From the IMG/VR virus record IMGVR_UViG_3300042311_000607, positions 1 through 63,588 of that record: 63,588 nt of DNA. One strand, written 5' to 3'. Both the position numbers and the translations under genes were made by a program. Positions 1-9,403 of this stretch are shown here, in pieces. The notes beneath the pieces were generated by a model. It did not search any database and had not been told where the DNA came from. It saw only the letters and a program-made list of their open reading frames with translations. This DNA is from a virus (Duplodnaviria > Caudoviricetes). How positions within the stretch are numbered: position 1 is the first letter of the stretch; every line of letters begins with the position of its first letter.

Positions 1-188
1 CACCAATCTAGCAGTGCCAGAAAGTGCTAGTAGCACTCCTGAGCACTCTTCTAGCAGTGCCCCGTCTCCGTCTCCGTCTCCGTCTCCGTCTCCGTCTCCG
101 TCTCCAAAGCAAGAGCAAGAGCTATCTTCGCTTCGCTCAGATTCGTCATCGGACGGAGCCGATGACAGCGAACGGCCGGCAGATCTGC
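1..188. repeat. Terminal direct repeat / assembly overlap, copy 1 (7 x CCGTCT)
   Basis: Identical to 63383-63588 except for 3 fewer CCGTCT units. Confidence 0.95.
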
Positions 189-568
189 CTGCAGACCCGA
201 AAGAGCGCAGGGCCCACGAGATCACGGCCGAGGCGATCGCGGCATACAACGCAGCGCTGGCGAAACCCACCGGGCTGCTGCCGGCCGTGGTGTTGCTGAC
301 GCCACAGCGCCGCAAGCAGGTGAAGCGCTGCATCGGTGTCGCGACGCTGATCTGCGAAAAGATGAACGGCAGCAAGCGCATCACGCCCGACTTCTGGGCG
401 ACCTACTTCGACGCCTGCGCCCAGGATCCGTTCTGGTCCGGCCGCGCTCCGCCTGGTCGCGGGCACGAGGGATGGACCCCCGACTTCAAGAACCTCACCC
501 ACCCCGACGTCATGACGCGCATCTTCGAGCGCACCGTGTCCGACGAGCCACTGGAGCCAGGCGCATGA
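1..568 (+). CDS. Phage replication initiator, 3' part (continues from 62955 across the junction)
   Basis: In frame with the ORF starting GTG 62955; (SP)n linker; C-terminal 'FWSGR...GWTPDFKNL' typical of phage initiators; DnaB-like gene downstream. Confidence 0.8.
   Translation, partial: TNLAVPESASSTPEHSSSSAPSPSPSPSPSPSPSPKQEQELSSLRSDSSSDGADDSERPADLPADPKERRAHEITAEAIAAYNAALAKPTGLLPAVVLLTPQRRKQVKRCIGVATLICEKMNGSKRITPDFWATYFDACAQDPFWSGRAPPGRGHEGWTPDFKNLTHPDVMTRIFERTVSDEPLEPGA
7..61. promoter_or_regulatory. Putative iteron-like origin inside the initiator gene
   Basis: TCTAGCAGTGCC at 7-18 and 50-61; AGTGCTA-g-TAGCACT inverted repeat at 23-37; AGCACTC twice; lambda-O-like position. Confidence 0.5.
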
Positions 569-1689
569 CCGTCGAGATCATCACCGGCGACTGCCTCAAC
601 ACCCTGCGCACGCTGCCGGCAGAGTCCGTGCACTGCTGCATCACGAGCCCGCCGTACTTCGGTCTGCGCGACTACGGCCTGCCGCCGACGCATTGGCCGG
701 CTGTTGAGTTCAGCCCGATGCCCGGCCTCCCAGTGATCGCGGTGCCGGCGCAGGCCTGCTGCCTCGGCCTGGAATCCGACCCGTGGGCCTTCATCGGCCA
801 CATCGTCGCGGTGTTCCGCGAAGTGCGTCGAGTACTCCGGGCCGACGGCACGCTGTGGGTAAACTTCGGGGATAGCTATGCCAACGACGGCAAGTGGGGC
901 GGCAGCAGTGGCGGTAAGCACGCACGCGCCCTGCATGGGGACACCGGAATCGGCCGCACGAAGGCGCAAACCGGCCTCAAGCCCAAGGACATGATGGGCA
1001 TCCCCTGGCGCGTCGCCTTCGCCCTGCAGGCGGACGGCTGGTATCTGCGGCAGGACATCATCTGGGCCAAGCCCAACCCGATGCCGGAGAGCGTCACCGA
1101 TCGCTGCACGAAGGCGCACGAGTACCTGTTCCTGCTGTCGAAGTCGCCGAGGTACTACTTCGACGCTGAGGCGATGCGGGAGCCTGCGGTTGCTCAGACG
1201 CCAGCGGGCAACGGATTCGCGGGCAGACAGGGCGGGGCGGCTCACATGCCCATGTCTGGCGGCGCCGGCAGCAGCGAGCCGTGGAGGCCGCGCAGCAAGC
1301 GCGACACCTTCAAGCGCGAAGGCAGCAAGCGTGCGCAGGCGATCCCTGGGCAATCGGTCGGGACGCATCGGCCTGACCGCGCTGAATCGGAGTTCGATAC
1401 CGAAACCCGCAACCGCCGCAGCGTCTGGACTGTCGCCACCCGCCCATTCAAGGGCGCCCACTTCGCCACCTTCCCGCCTGCCCTGATCGAGCCGTGCGTG
1501 CTGGCCGGCTGCCCCAAGGGCGGCAAGGTGCTCGACACGTTCGCCGGTGCTGGCACTACCGGGCTGGTGTGCCAGCGCAACGGGCGCGACGCGGTGCTGC
1601 TGGAGATCAAGCCCGAGTACTCCGCGATGGCTGACGCACGCATCCGGGCAGAGCGCCCGCACCCTGACCTGTTCGAGGCAACGCCATGA
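565..1689 (+). CDS. DNA methyltransferase, N4-C/N6-A (beta-type motif order)
   Basis: TSPPY motif IV near N-terminus, DTFAGAGTTG motif I near C-terminus, HFATFP; ATGA overlap with initiator. Confidence 0.92.
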   Translation: MTVEIITGDCLNTLRTLPAESVHCCITSPPYFGLRDYGLPPTHWPAVEFSPMPGLPVIAVPAQACCLGLESDPWAFIGHIVAVFREVRRVLRADGTLWVNFGDSYANDGKWGGSSGGKHARALHGDTGIGRTKAQTGLKPKDMMGIPWRVAFALQADGWYLRQDIIWAKPNPMPESVTDRCTKAHEYLFLLSKSPRYYFDAEAMREPAVAQTPAGNGFAGRQGGAAHMPMSGGAGSSEPWRPRSKRDTFKREGSKRAQAIPGQSVGTHRPDRAESEFDTETRNRRSVWTVATRPFKGAHFATFPPALIEPCVLAGCPKGGKVLDTFAGAGTTGLVCQRNGRDAVLLEIKPEYSAMADARIRAERPHPDLFEATP

Positions 1690-2360
1690 CCCCCGAAGTG
1701 CTCGACCGCATCCACGCCGCCTATGAGCTACTGCAGGGCCGCAAGCGCTGGCACGAACCGGTGCCGGTATGGCTGACGCCGCGAAAGTGCCTGATTGTGG
1801 GCGTCCGGCCGCGCATGCCCGAAGAACGCACGCTGGTGGCGCGCTACACCCAGCCGCTGCCGTCGCTCGAAGAGTTCACCGGCGATGTGGAGTTTGAGCT
1901 GAAACAGGCGGGGTTGCTCGATGTCGGCGGCCCTATCCGCGCCCAGATCCTGCGGGTGATCACCGCATCGCCCAAGCCAGTCTCTGCGCGGCAGATCGCC
2001 GACCAGGTGCTGTGCGACATGACGACGGTGGCGAAGCATTGCCGCGAGCTCACGGCAGCAGGCGCGATTCAGCACTTCGGCGAGACTGGCCGCCGCGGTC
2101 GCCCGCACAGCTGGTGGATGCGTCCAACAACCAACACCCCCGCCGCCCTGCCCGCCGGCCGAGGCTCGCCCACACGCTGCGTCGGCCGCCGCCCTGCGGC
2201 AGATGCCAAGACCTGCGCCGTGCGCGCCTGCTGCGCCCGCTTCCGCGCGATCGACGGATGGAACGACATGTCCGACGAGCTGAGAGCCACAACCCGCATG
2301 GCTTCGCACCTGTGCGAGGACAGCGATGGATTCCCCCACTACCTGGAGCCGCAGCCATGA
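1686..2360 (+). CDS. Hypothetical protein with winged-HTH-like segment
   Basis: ILRVI...SARQIADQVLCDMTTVAKHCRELTAAGAI pattern; ATGA overlap. Confidence 0.55.
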   Translation: MTPEVLDRIHAAYELLQGRKRWHEPVPVWLTPRKCLIVGVRPRMPEERTLVARYTQPLPSLEEFTGDVEFELKQAGLLDVGGPIRAQILRVITASPKPVSARQIADQVLCDMTTVAKHCRELTAAGAIQHFGETGRRGRPHSWWMRPTTNTPAALPAGRGSPTRCVGRRPAADAKTCAVRACCARFRAIDGWNDMSDELRATTRMASHLCEDSDGFPHYLEPQP

Positions 2361-2425
2361 GCGACATGCGAAAGCAGTGCAGCTACGACACCGGCACCCG
2401 CCCAACCACCCCACGGAGAACCGAC

Positions 2426-4399
2426 ATGCCCACAGACCCACAGCAGCCCGCCGGCCTCGGCGACGTCAACAGCAACGAGCCCGGCAGCGGCGCGCGCTTC
2501 AACGCAGGGAAACCCACCTTCGAGCTCGTGCCCCTGATCGCCTTCGAGGACTGCGCGCGCGTCTTCGACTACGGCCGAAAGAAGTACGCGGAATGGAACT
2601 GGGCCAAGGGCATGCCCTGGTCGGCCCCGCTGGGTTGCCTGCTGCGCCATATGAGCGCCTGGCAGGCCGGCGAAAACAACGATGCCGAGAGCGGCCTGCC
2701 GCACCTGGCGCACGCCATGGCGAACCTCGTGATGCTGAGCACCTACGCCCGCACCTACCCGCAGGGCGATGACCGCACGACGTGGCTGCAGCCAACCTGG
2801 GTCGGCATCGACCTGGGCAAGCCGCTGGAACCCGGTGTCAGCAACTTCGACACTGCGCTTGCCGAGCAGATCAAGGCAGCGCGGCACCAGCTCAACCGCG
2901 CCCGCGAAGATGTTCAGTTCGTCGCGATGCAGCGCGCGGACGCACAGGAGACGCCATTCTTCGACTTCGCCGGCACCAGAATCATGGAGGGCGATGAGAT
3001 CCGATGCAGAGCTAGCGGCCTGGGCGGGCGCGTATACAAGGGTCCGTTGGGTGACTGGCGGGTTGACTACGGCCCCACGTTCGGTGCGCTGCGGAGCGCG
3101 GTCGAGATCGGCGAAGCGGTGGTCGAGAAGCCAGCTTCGCCGTTCAAAAGCGCGGCAGTGTCAGAGTGGTACAAAGGCGCACGCGCCGAAATGCTGGCAG
3201 GCGCGGCGCGCGATGGGATACCGTTGCGCTGCACCGGCGACCCCGGGAACTGCCCTGAGAACAACGGCGCCGGGTGCTGCAACCCGAACCCGCAGCCCTC
3301 GCCCGCCGAAGACCCCGAGCGCGCCGCGTATCTGCGGCGGTGGGAGGGGGCGCCGGATTGGGCGATGTGGCTTGGACAGGACGATGACGGCGCGGCGGCG
3401 TGGTTTGACAGAAAGCCTCTCAACCACATCATTGTCGGCTGGCACATCGAGGAAGGCAGGTCAGAGCCAGCGCCCCAAGGCATCCTCGGCTCCGTCCGCT
3501 GCGAGCCCCGCCCACAGCCAGCAACACCGGCTAAACTGCCATGGCCCGATCGGCCGCTAGTCACGGTGGACTGCACGGCTGAAGACCTCGCCGCCGTCGA
3601 CGTGGACCTGCCCGACGACATCCGGAAACAGCGCGCAGGCCTGTTTGCCGAGCGCAACGCGCGTTTGGCGCTATGGAAGGACGCCCCTGCTGATGCGGAC
3701 TGGCTGACCGAGGACAAGGCCGGCGCATGCCACTACTGGCGCGGCAATCGGCCGCCGCTCAAGGACGGGTTGTGGTGGGCGGATCACGGGACGACGTTCC
3801 TGCGCCGCGCCATGAAGGACGGCAAGATGGGCCGTGTTGCATGCAGCCCCCGCCCGCAGGAGCTTCGGTCCGCTGATGTCCCCGCCCCAGCTCCGGCGGG
3901 CGAACACGCCAAGCGGTTTGAGCGCTGGAAGAACGCCCCGGAATGGGCTGAGTGGCTGACGCAGAATCCCAAGAACGACAGGCGGGCGTGTGCATTCCAC
4001 GAGAAGGAACCCCCCGGCCTGTTCGACTTCGGGCGTTGGACGTCCGCAGATGGCGGCAGAACTGCCCCTGCTGGGCACAACCTGCTGCCCGACGGAGTGA
4101 CCATTGAGCGCCGCCCCCAAGAGCTGCGCACCACAGCGGTTGGTCCGCAGGCCTTCACAGCGCACGTTGACCGCGACGTGAAGGCCGGGGAGGTGGTGTT
4201 CACCCACGAAGTGACGCAGCCGTCTCCGGAAGATCTCGCCGCAGCCGAAACGAAACTGCTACGCGAGGTGCTGAAGCGCGCGCGCGCAGTGGGGGCCTAC
4301 GATTGGTCGGAAAACGACGAAGACGCGGTGCACGCGGTCACGCGCTTGGCCGATGCAGTCGACCGCTACGAAGCCCGCTTCGGCAAGCAGGGGGACTGA
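2426..4399 (+). CDS. dATP/dGTP diphosphohydrolase-like (DUF5664-like) N-terminal domain fused to a repeat-containing C-terminus
   Basis: GARFNAGKP..ELVP...VFDYGRKKY.EWNW.KGM...RH..AW..GE..D.ESGLPHLAHA; GGAGA SD before ATG 2426 (alternative start 2357). Confidence 0.8.
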   Translation: MPTDPQQPAGLGDVNSNEPGSGARFNAGKPTFELVPLIAFEDCARVFDYGRKKYAEWNWAKGMPWSAPLGCLLRHMSAWQAGENNDAESGLPHLAHAMANLVMLSTYARTYPQGDDRTTWLQPTWVGIDLGKPLEPGVSNFDTALAEQIKAARHQLNRAREDVQFVAMQRADAQETPFFDFAGTRIMEGDEIRCRASGLGGRVYKGPLGDWRVDYGPTFGALRSAVEIGEAVVEKPASPFKSAAVSEWYKGARAEMLAGAARDGIPLRCTGDPGNCPENNGAGCCNPNPQPSPAEDPERAAYLRRWEGAPDWAMWLGQDDDGAAAWFDRKPLNHIIVGWHIEEGRSEPAPQGILGSVRCEPRPQPATPAKLPWPDRPLVTVDCTAEDLAAVDVDLPDDIRKQRAGLFAERNARLALWKDAPADADWLTEDKAGACHYWRGNRPPLKDGLWWADHGTTFLRRAMKDGKMGRVACSPRPQELRSADVPAPAPAGEHAKRFERWKNAPEWAEWLTQNPKNDRRACAFHEKEPPGLFDFGRWTSADGGRTAPAGHNLLPDGVTIERRPQELRTTAVGPQAFTAHVDRDVKAGEVVFTHEVTQPSPEDLAAAETKLLREVLKRARAVGAYDWSENDEDAVHAVTRLADAVDRYEARFGKQGD

Positions 4400-5874
4400 T
4401 GGACCCCACCGAGCTACTGCGCCAGCCGCCCTTCAGCCGCGACGCCGAGGAAGCGGTACTCGGCGCGCTGCTGCTGGCGCCTACCGCGCTACCGAAGGTC
4501 GCAGAGTTCCTGCAGCCGGAAGACTTCTACAACCGCGGCCACGGACTGCTGTACGCCGCAATCCGGCAGGCCGTGGCCGAGCTTCCTGCCGACGGCAGCC
4601 AGACCATGGACTGCTGGACCCTGGGCGATCGCATCGAAGGCACCGAGCTGCACACGCAGTGGGGATGGACGCCGGTTGAGCTGGTCGACCTGATGACCCA
4701 CACGCCCAGCGCGGCCAACATCCGCGCCTACGCCGACATCATCCGCGAGCACTCAGCCAAGCGGCAGCTGATCAGCGCATACATGCAGGGGATCGAGTCG
4801 CTGTATTCCGACCGCACGCGTGGCGCCGCCGAGATCGCCGCGAAGGTGCATCAGGCCACGGTGCACATCACCGGCCGCGCGGAGCGTAGTGGCGGGCTGC
4901 GGCCCATGAAAGAGTTCGTGCGCAGCTGGTTCCACGACCTGCAGGGGCGATACGAGCGCGGCGAGACGATCACGGGCCTGTGCAGCCCCTGGGCGATCAT
5001 CGACGCGAAGACCTTCGGCTGGCAGCCCAAGCACCTGATCACAGTCGCCGGCCGGCCGGGCATGGGCAAATCCATCTTCGGCTGGGAGCAGGCGGTGCAC
5101 ACCGGCGCGCAAGGCAAGCGAGCGGCGATCTTCTCGCTTGAGATGGGCGGTGACGAGCTTGTGCAGCGCAGCGTCTCCAGCCGTGGCCGGGTGCCGTGGG
5201 ACTTCCTGCGCAGCCCGCGTGCCTGGCGCGGCGGCGACGATGAAGAGTTCTGGGCGCGCACCGCGACGATCGCCGGCGACATGGCGCAATCGAAGATCCT
5301 GATCGACGAAACCCCTAGCCTGACGATCGGGCAGATCGAATCGCGGGCCGAGCGCGCGCACATGGAAGAGCCGCTGGCGCTGATCGTGCTCGACCACCTG
5401 CACCTGACCGACATCGAGCAGAAGAGCAACCAGAACAAGGCCGACGCGCTGGGCAAGGTCAGCGGGGGCCTGAAGCGGCTTGCAAAGCGGCTGAATATCC
5501 CAGTGATGGCGCTGGCGCAGCTCAACCGCGGCAACACCCAGCGGCCCGACAAGCGCCCAACGATGGCCGATCTGCGCGACTCGGGCGCTATCGAGCAGGA
5601 TTCGGACGTGGTGTTGCTGCTGCACCGCGATGACTACTACCAGCCGCCCGGCACGCCGAAGACGCACCGCACGGAAGTGATCTGGGGCAAGGGCCGCGGC
5701 CTGCCCGCTGGTGACACCACGGTGCTCCGCGACCGCTACGACCAGATGCGGCTGGAAGAGTGGGGCGAAGACGGCCCACCCGAGCCAGCCCCCGAGCCCA
5801 CCACGCCCCGCGAGCCCGCCCGGTCATGGGGCCGGCGCGGATCCAAGGCGATAGCACGACAGGACGAAGAATGA
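4399..5874 (+). CDS. dnaB: Replicative DNA helicase, DnaB-like
   Basis: AEEAVLGALL, AGRPGMGKS Walker A, FSLEM, LAQLNR, LRDSGAIEQDSD. Confidence 0.95.
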   Translation: MDPTELLRQPPFSRDAEEAVLGALLLAPTALPKVAEFLQPEDFYNRGHGLLYAAIRQAVAELPADGSQTMDCWTLGDRIEGTELHTQWGWTPVELVDLMTHTPSAANIRAYADIIREHSAKRQLISAYMQGIESLYSDRTRGAAEIAAKVHQATVHITGRAERSGGLRPMKEFVRSWFHDLQGRYERGETITGLCSPWAIIDAKTFGWQPKHLITVAGRPGMGKSIFGWEQAVHTGAQGKRAAIFSLEMGGDELVQRSVSSRGRVPWDFLRSPRAWRGGDDEEFWARTATIAGDMAQSKILIDETPSLTIGQIESRAERAHMEEPLALIVLDHLHLTDIEQKSNQNKADALGKVSGGLKRLAKRLNIPVMALAQLNRGNTQRPDKRPTMADLRDSGAIEQDSDVVLLLHRDDYYQPPGTPKTHRTEVIWGKGRGLPAGDTTVLRDRYDQMRLEEWGEDGPPEPAPEPTTPREPARSWGRRGSKAIARQDEE

Positions 5875-6242
5875 TTGCCTACCTGGTCGACAAGAACCTG
5901 AGCCTGATCACCATCCGCGCGCTCACGCCGCTGATGCTGGAAGACATCCGTGGGGCCAAACGGCTGATTGCGACGATGACCCGCTTCGAGGGTGATGACG
6001 TGAAGTACGAGGACGTTGCGGTGAATCTGTTGGGACAAGTCCACCCGTGCCGCCCGGATCATCTTGTTCTGGAGATTCCTTCTCGCTGGGAATTCGAACT
6101 CGTGAATCTGTTCCCGGACTGGAATTGCCGATCCTACAATGAGTTCCAAGAGGCGGTTCAGCTGTTCGAAATGTGGCGCAGCGAGCGAGCTGGAGCAGCC
6201 CACAACGTGAGCACAGGAGCTACCGCCGATGGCAATCGCTGA
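5871..6242 (+). CDS. Hypothetical protein
   Basis: ATGA overlap with helicase; more AT-rich; N-terminus resembles 51462-51833. Confidence 0.65.
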   Translation: MIAYLVDKNLSLITIRALTPLMLEDIRGAKRLIATMTRFEGDDVKYEDVAVNLLGQVHPCRPDHLVLEIPSRWEFELVNLFPDWNCRSYNEFQEAVQLFEMWRSERAGAAHNVSTGATADGNR

Positions 6243-6588
6243 ATACCTGATCCCCTGCAAGACCAAGAACCCGCTCAACGGCAACCGCGAGCACTGGACG
6301 AAGGTGTCCGCGACGCGCAAAAAGCAGAAGAAAATGGCGTGGGCGCTGACGCCTCGGCGCATGCGCGCCCCGTGCATCGTCCACATGACGCGCCTGGGCG
6401 TGCGCGTCATGGACGACGACAACCTTGGCGCGAGCCTGAAATCCATCCGAGACGGCATTGCTCAGGCGCTCGGCATTGACGACGGCGACACCACGGCCGC
6501 GCGCTGGGAGTACGCACAGGCCCGCTGCAAGCGCGGCGAGGAAGGCGTGCGCGTGCGGATCAGCAACGGCAAGGACTTGCCGACATGA
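6229..6588 (+). CDS. RusA-like Holliday junction resolvase
   Basis: DDDNLGASLKSIRDGIAQALGIDD catalytic pattern. Confidence 0.75.
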   Translation: MAIAEYLIPCKTKNPLNGNREHWTKVSATRKKQKKMAWALTPRRMRAPCIVHMTRLGVRVMDDDNLGASLKSIRDGIAQALGIDDGDTTAARWEYAQARCKRGEEGVRVRISNGKDLPT

Positions 6589-7064
6589 GCCAAGCGCCGA
6601 TCGAGCCGCAGGATTTCCTCCACGGGCCGAAGGTGGTCGATATCGGCGACCTGCGTGTCGCACGCGGCATGACACGACGCCCGCATTCTTCGTGCCGGCA
6701 TGCGCACCTGGTCTACGACGAGCGCGAGCGCCGCGTCTGGTGCACGGACTGCGAAACGGAGGTTGAGGCGTTCGACGCCTTCGTTCAGATCGTCGGGCAC
6801 TTCTCAGCCGCCCAGGGCAGCATCGAAAGGCGCAGGCAGGAGCTTGCCGAGGCCGAGGCATTCGCCCTGCGCAGCCGGGCGGCAAAGCGAATGGATGAGT
6901 ATTGGCGCAGCACCACGATGGCGCCGCTCTGCCCGCACTGCACACGCGCGATCCTTCCCGAGGACGTGGTGAACGGCCTGGCGCAGACGTCGAAGAGCTT
7001 CGAGTTTGCGGCCAGAAAGAAGCGGGAGAAGCCAGCGCGCGCCCCTCAGGATGTGCAGCCATGA
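6585..7064 (+). CDS. Hypothetical Zn-binding protein
   Basis: CRH...CTDC and CPHC motifs; overlaps both neighbours. Confidence 0.65.
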   Translation: MSQAPIEPQDFLHGPKVVDIGDLRVARGMTRRPHSSCRHAHLVYDERERRVWCTDCETEVEAFDAFVQIVGHFSAAQGSIERRRQELAEAEAFALRSRAAKRMDEYWRSTTMAPLCPHCTRAILPEDVVNGLAQTSKSFEFAARKKREKPARAPQDVQP

Positions 7065-7654
7065 GCGCCGCCGAGCGGATGCTGTGCATGCTCAGCCCGC
7101 AGAGCCTCGACCCCGCGCGCTTGCTCGAAGGCGCCAGCAGCACCAGCCCGCTCCGCACGGATGCCATGCAGGTGCGCGCAGCGCTGGAGTCGATGCGGCC
7201 GCGCGTGCTGTGCACGGCCCTGCTGCTGCGGCACCTGCCTGACCTGGTGCACGAGTCGGAGAGCTCCGTCTACCACCTGCACCTGCTGACAGAGCTGCAG
7301 CAGCGCCGTCAGAAGGAACCGCACTGGACGCGCAGGCTGCTGCACCAGGCCGGCATCGTGCGCGCCGCGGTAGCCGAGACAACGAGCCCCGAGCGCGTGT
7401 GCCGCGCGTGCGTAGGAGAAGGCCGTAGCCTGCCAGCCGCCGGCGCGCTCGTACGCGTGCCGCAGCCCTGCCGGCATTGCGACGGCACAGGGCTCAGGCG
7501 GTGGACGGAGAGCAAGCGGCGCCGGGCCGCAGGCGTGCGCAGTGAAAGCACCTGGGCGCGCAGCTGCGCTGATGCCCATGCGTGGCTAGTGCGCTACATC
7601 GAGCAGCACCAGCGCGAGGGTGAGCGGGTGCTGGCAAAGACCGTCGGGGCGTAA
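7061..7654 (+). CDS. Q-like antiterminator
   Basis: CRACVGEG...CRHCDGTG zinc finger plus C-terminal HTH-like segment; last early gene before the lysis region. Confidence 0.7.
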   Translation: MSAAERMLCMLSPQSLDPARLLEGASSTSPLRTDAMQVRAALESMRPRVLCTALLLRHLPDLVHESESSVYHLHLLTELQQRRQKEPHWTRRLLHQAGIVRAAVAETTSPERVCRACVGEGRSLPAAGALVRVPQPCRHCDGTGLRRWTESKRRRAAGVRSESTWARSCADAHAWLVRYIEQHQREGERVLAKTVGA

Positions 7655-7673
7655 ACAATTGTCGACGGCAGAG

Positions 7674-7711
7674 CAAACCGGATTGCGCAATCCGGTTTGA
7701 CGTGGGATGAT
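7674..7711 (+). promoter_or_regulatory. Perfect 26-bp palindrome overlapping a putative sigma70 promoter
   Basis: CAAACCGGATTGC|GCAATCCGGTTTG at 7674-7699; TTGCGC-17bp-GATGAT at 7683-7711. Confidence 0.6.
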
Positions 7712-7749
7712 GCTCTCAAGCCGGCAAGGGGCCGGGTTGGAGACGCAAA

Positions 7750-8013
7750 ATGATCACTAAGTTGTTGGAACTGCTGGCGGCATCAGAAGAAAAGCTGACG
7801 GCACACGTCCATGACTGGAATGCCTACGCCAACAATGGCAACGGTGGGCGCACCGTCGAGCTGAGGTACGTAGGCGCCTACAGCGGGCCGCTCTATTCCC
7901 GCGAGGTTCACCCAACTACGCAAAGCGCTGAAGATGCCGCTGCGCTTCTCCGAGTCCATCTGGGCGAGGCCAGCTGCCGCTGCGCTACTTGCTCCGCAGG
8001 AGTGGTGTCATGA
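7750..8013 (+). CDS. Hypothetical protein
   Basis: GGAG SD; first gene after the palindrome/promoter. Confidence 0.65.
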   Translation: MITKLLELLAASEEKLTAHVHDWNAYANNGNGGRTVELRYVGAYSGPLYSREVHPTTQSAEDAAALLRVHLGEASCRCATCSAGVVS

Positions 8014-8315
8014 GCGAGTTTGTGAAGTTCCTCGGCGGCTGCGCACTGGGCGGCAAGCAGGTGGCAGTCTACAAAGACGGCGACGGCTTCCGCCTCGCTG
8101 CTGAAACGGTCGGCGGCAAGCCCGTGACCTACACCTACAAAGACCGCGCGGGCATCCGGCAGGTGGCGACAGTGCGCGACAAGCACCTGTCGGCCGAAGG
8201 CATGGAGGCCTTCGAGGAAGCGGTTTCAGCCGGCTATCAGCCGCGAGACGCGAACATCGTGAACCGCGCGCTGCGTGCGATGGGGCACCCCGGCATGAAG
8301 GATTCGCGAGCATGA
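8010..8315 (+). CDS. Hypothetical protein
   Basis: AGGAG SD; ATGA overlap; GC3-rich codons. Confidence 0.7.
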   Translation: MSEFVKFLGGCALGGKQVAVYKDGDGFRLAAETVGGKPVTYTYKDRAGIRQVATVRDKHLSAEGMEAFEEAVSAGYQPRDANIVNRALRAMGHPGMKDSRA

Positions 8316-8659
8316 GCACCGACGATTACAGCCGGCTTGAGGCGCAAGTCGCATACGAAGATGCGCGCAAGGCGCAGCGCCGGGGAAAAGATGCTGAGTT
8401 TGCAGCGCGGAAAGAAGCGCGGCAGGCCAAACGTCGCGCGCTTACCTTCGCCGAAGCACTGAAGGGATTCATCGCCACGGCCCGTCGCGAGCTACGGCTG
8501 GAAACCAGCGACCAGAGCCTGATGCTGCTGATCATGGACGGGCTGCGCACGCTGTCGCCGGACGAAGAGCAGGATGCGGTAGACGCCGAAGTGCTGGCAG
8601 GTGCGATTGAAGTGGTCGAGTACCAGATGCGGCCAATGGAGCACCAGACCCATGGATGA
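8312..8659 (+). CDS. Hypothetical protein
   Basis: ATGA overlap; helical, charged. Confidence 0.65.
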   Translation: MSTDDYSRLEAQVAYEDARKAQRRGKDAEFAARKEARQAKRRALTFAEALKGFIATARRELRLETSDQSLMLLIMDGLRTLSPDEEQDAVDAEVLAGAIEVVEYQMRPMEHQTHG

Positions 8660-8897
8660 CACCGCCCGCGCCACAATGGCGGCCCAGCGCGCCGCCGCGA
8701 ACCGCGCCGCGCAGATACAGTGGGCGAAAGGCCACGCCCGCACTGGCTACCCGCTTTATCTGCGGCTGGCAGAGGCCTGCCGCCAGTGCGCTGACGCGCA
8801 AGGCGCGCTGGCGGCCTGCTACAGCCAACCCCAACAGCCCGAGCCGCGCCCGTCATTCTGGCGGCGCGTTGGCCAATTCTTCGGAGTGACCCCATGA
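8652..8897 (+). CDS. Hypothetical protein
   Basis: GGAG SD; overlaps neighbours; C-terminal FWRRVGQFFG. Confidence 0.6.
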   Translation: MDDTARATMAAQRAAANRAAQIQWAKGHARTGYPLYLRLAEACRQCADAQGALAACYSQPQQPEPRPSFWRRVGQFFGVTP

Positions 8898-9118
8898 GCC
8901 TTTCAGCACAGATCGCAGCTCTGCCCACAACGCCGAGCCCGGCAAAGCCCGGCGAGGAACACCTGCAGCTGCAGCGCATGGAAGTCGCAGCGGATGCTTT
9001 GGCAAACGCGACGCTCGAATGCACCGCGGCGAGTTCGTGCCCTGCCGGGCCGTTACTCGACGTGATCAACGCCCTTGCTGATTACGTCCACGTCCGCACC
9101 AAGGGCGGCGCGGCATGA
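8894..9118 (+). CDS. Hypothetical protein
   Basis: GGAG SD; ATGA overlap. Confidence 0.6.
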   Translation: MSLSAQIAALPTTPSPAKPGEEHLQLQRMEVAADALANATLECTAASSCPAGPLLDVINALADYVHVRTKGGAA

Positions 9119-9345
9119 GCAGGAAACGCACGATCCGCAAGGCATCAGCCGTGACGCTCGCCGCCCGCGCGAAGCGAATCGACGGTGGCGCGAAGCGCAT
9201 CGAGGTGGTGTTCACCGCTGAGGATCTGGTCCGGCTTTCCGTGCTGCGCGCCTCGGGCTACGGCGTGACAGACGCCGACATGATCCGCCGAGCTGTGCAC
9301 GACGCGGCCCGGCTGCTGCCGCACATCACAACGCCCGCAAGGTGA
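9115..9345 (+). CDS. Putative ribbon-helix-helix DNA-binding protein
   Basis: KRIEVVF strand followed by two helices (EDLVRLSVLR, DADMIRRAV). Confidence 0.5.
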   Translation: MSRKRTIRKASAVTLAARAKRIDGGAKRIEVVFTAEDLVRLSVLRASGYGVTDADMIRRAVHDAARLLPHITTPAR

Positions 9346-9346
9346 G

Positions 9347-9377
9347 TTGACAAATGGGGGTTTTTACCCCCTAAATT
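9347..9377 (+). promoter_or_regulatory. Putative late promoter (pR'-like)
   Basis: TTGACA 9347-9352 and TAAATT 9372-9377 (19-bp spacer containing GGGGGT-TTTT-ACCCCC). Confidence 0.5.
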
Positions 9378-9403
9378 CCCCATCCTGTCCGTTCCCTGCC
9401 CTG

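Noticed and set aside
1-188. Biological direct terminal repeats or attL/attR
   Set aside because: The repeat lies mid-gene at a microsatellite, far from terS, with no flanking host DNA; best explained as circular assembly overlap
7674-7699. Protelomerase target of a linear plasmid prophage
   Set aside because: No protelomerase or partition genes recognised; overlap with a promoter favours an operator
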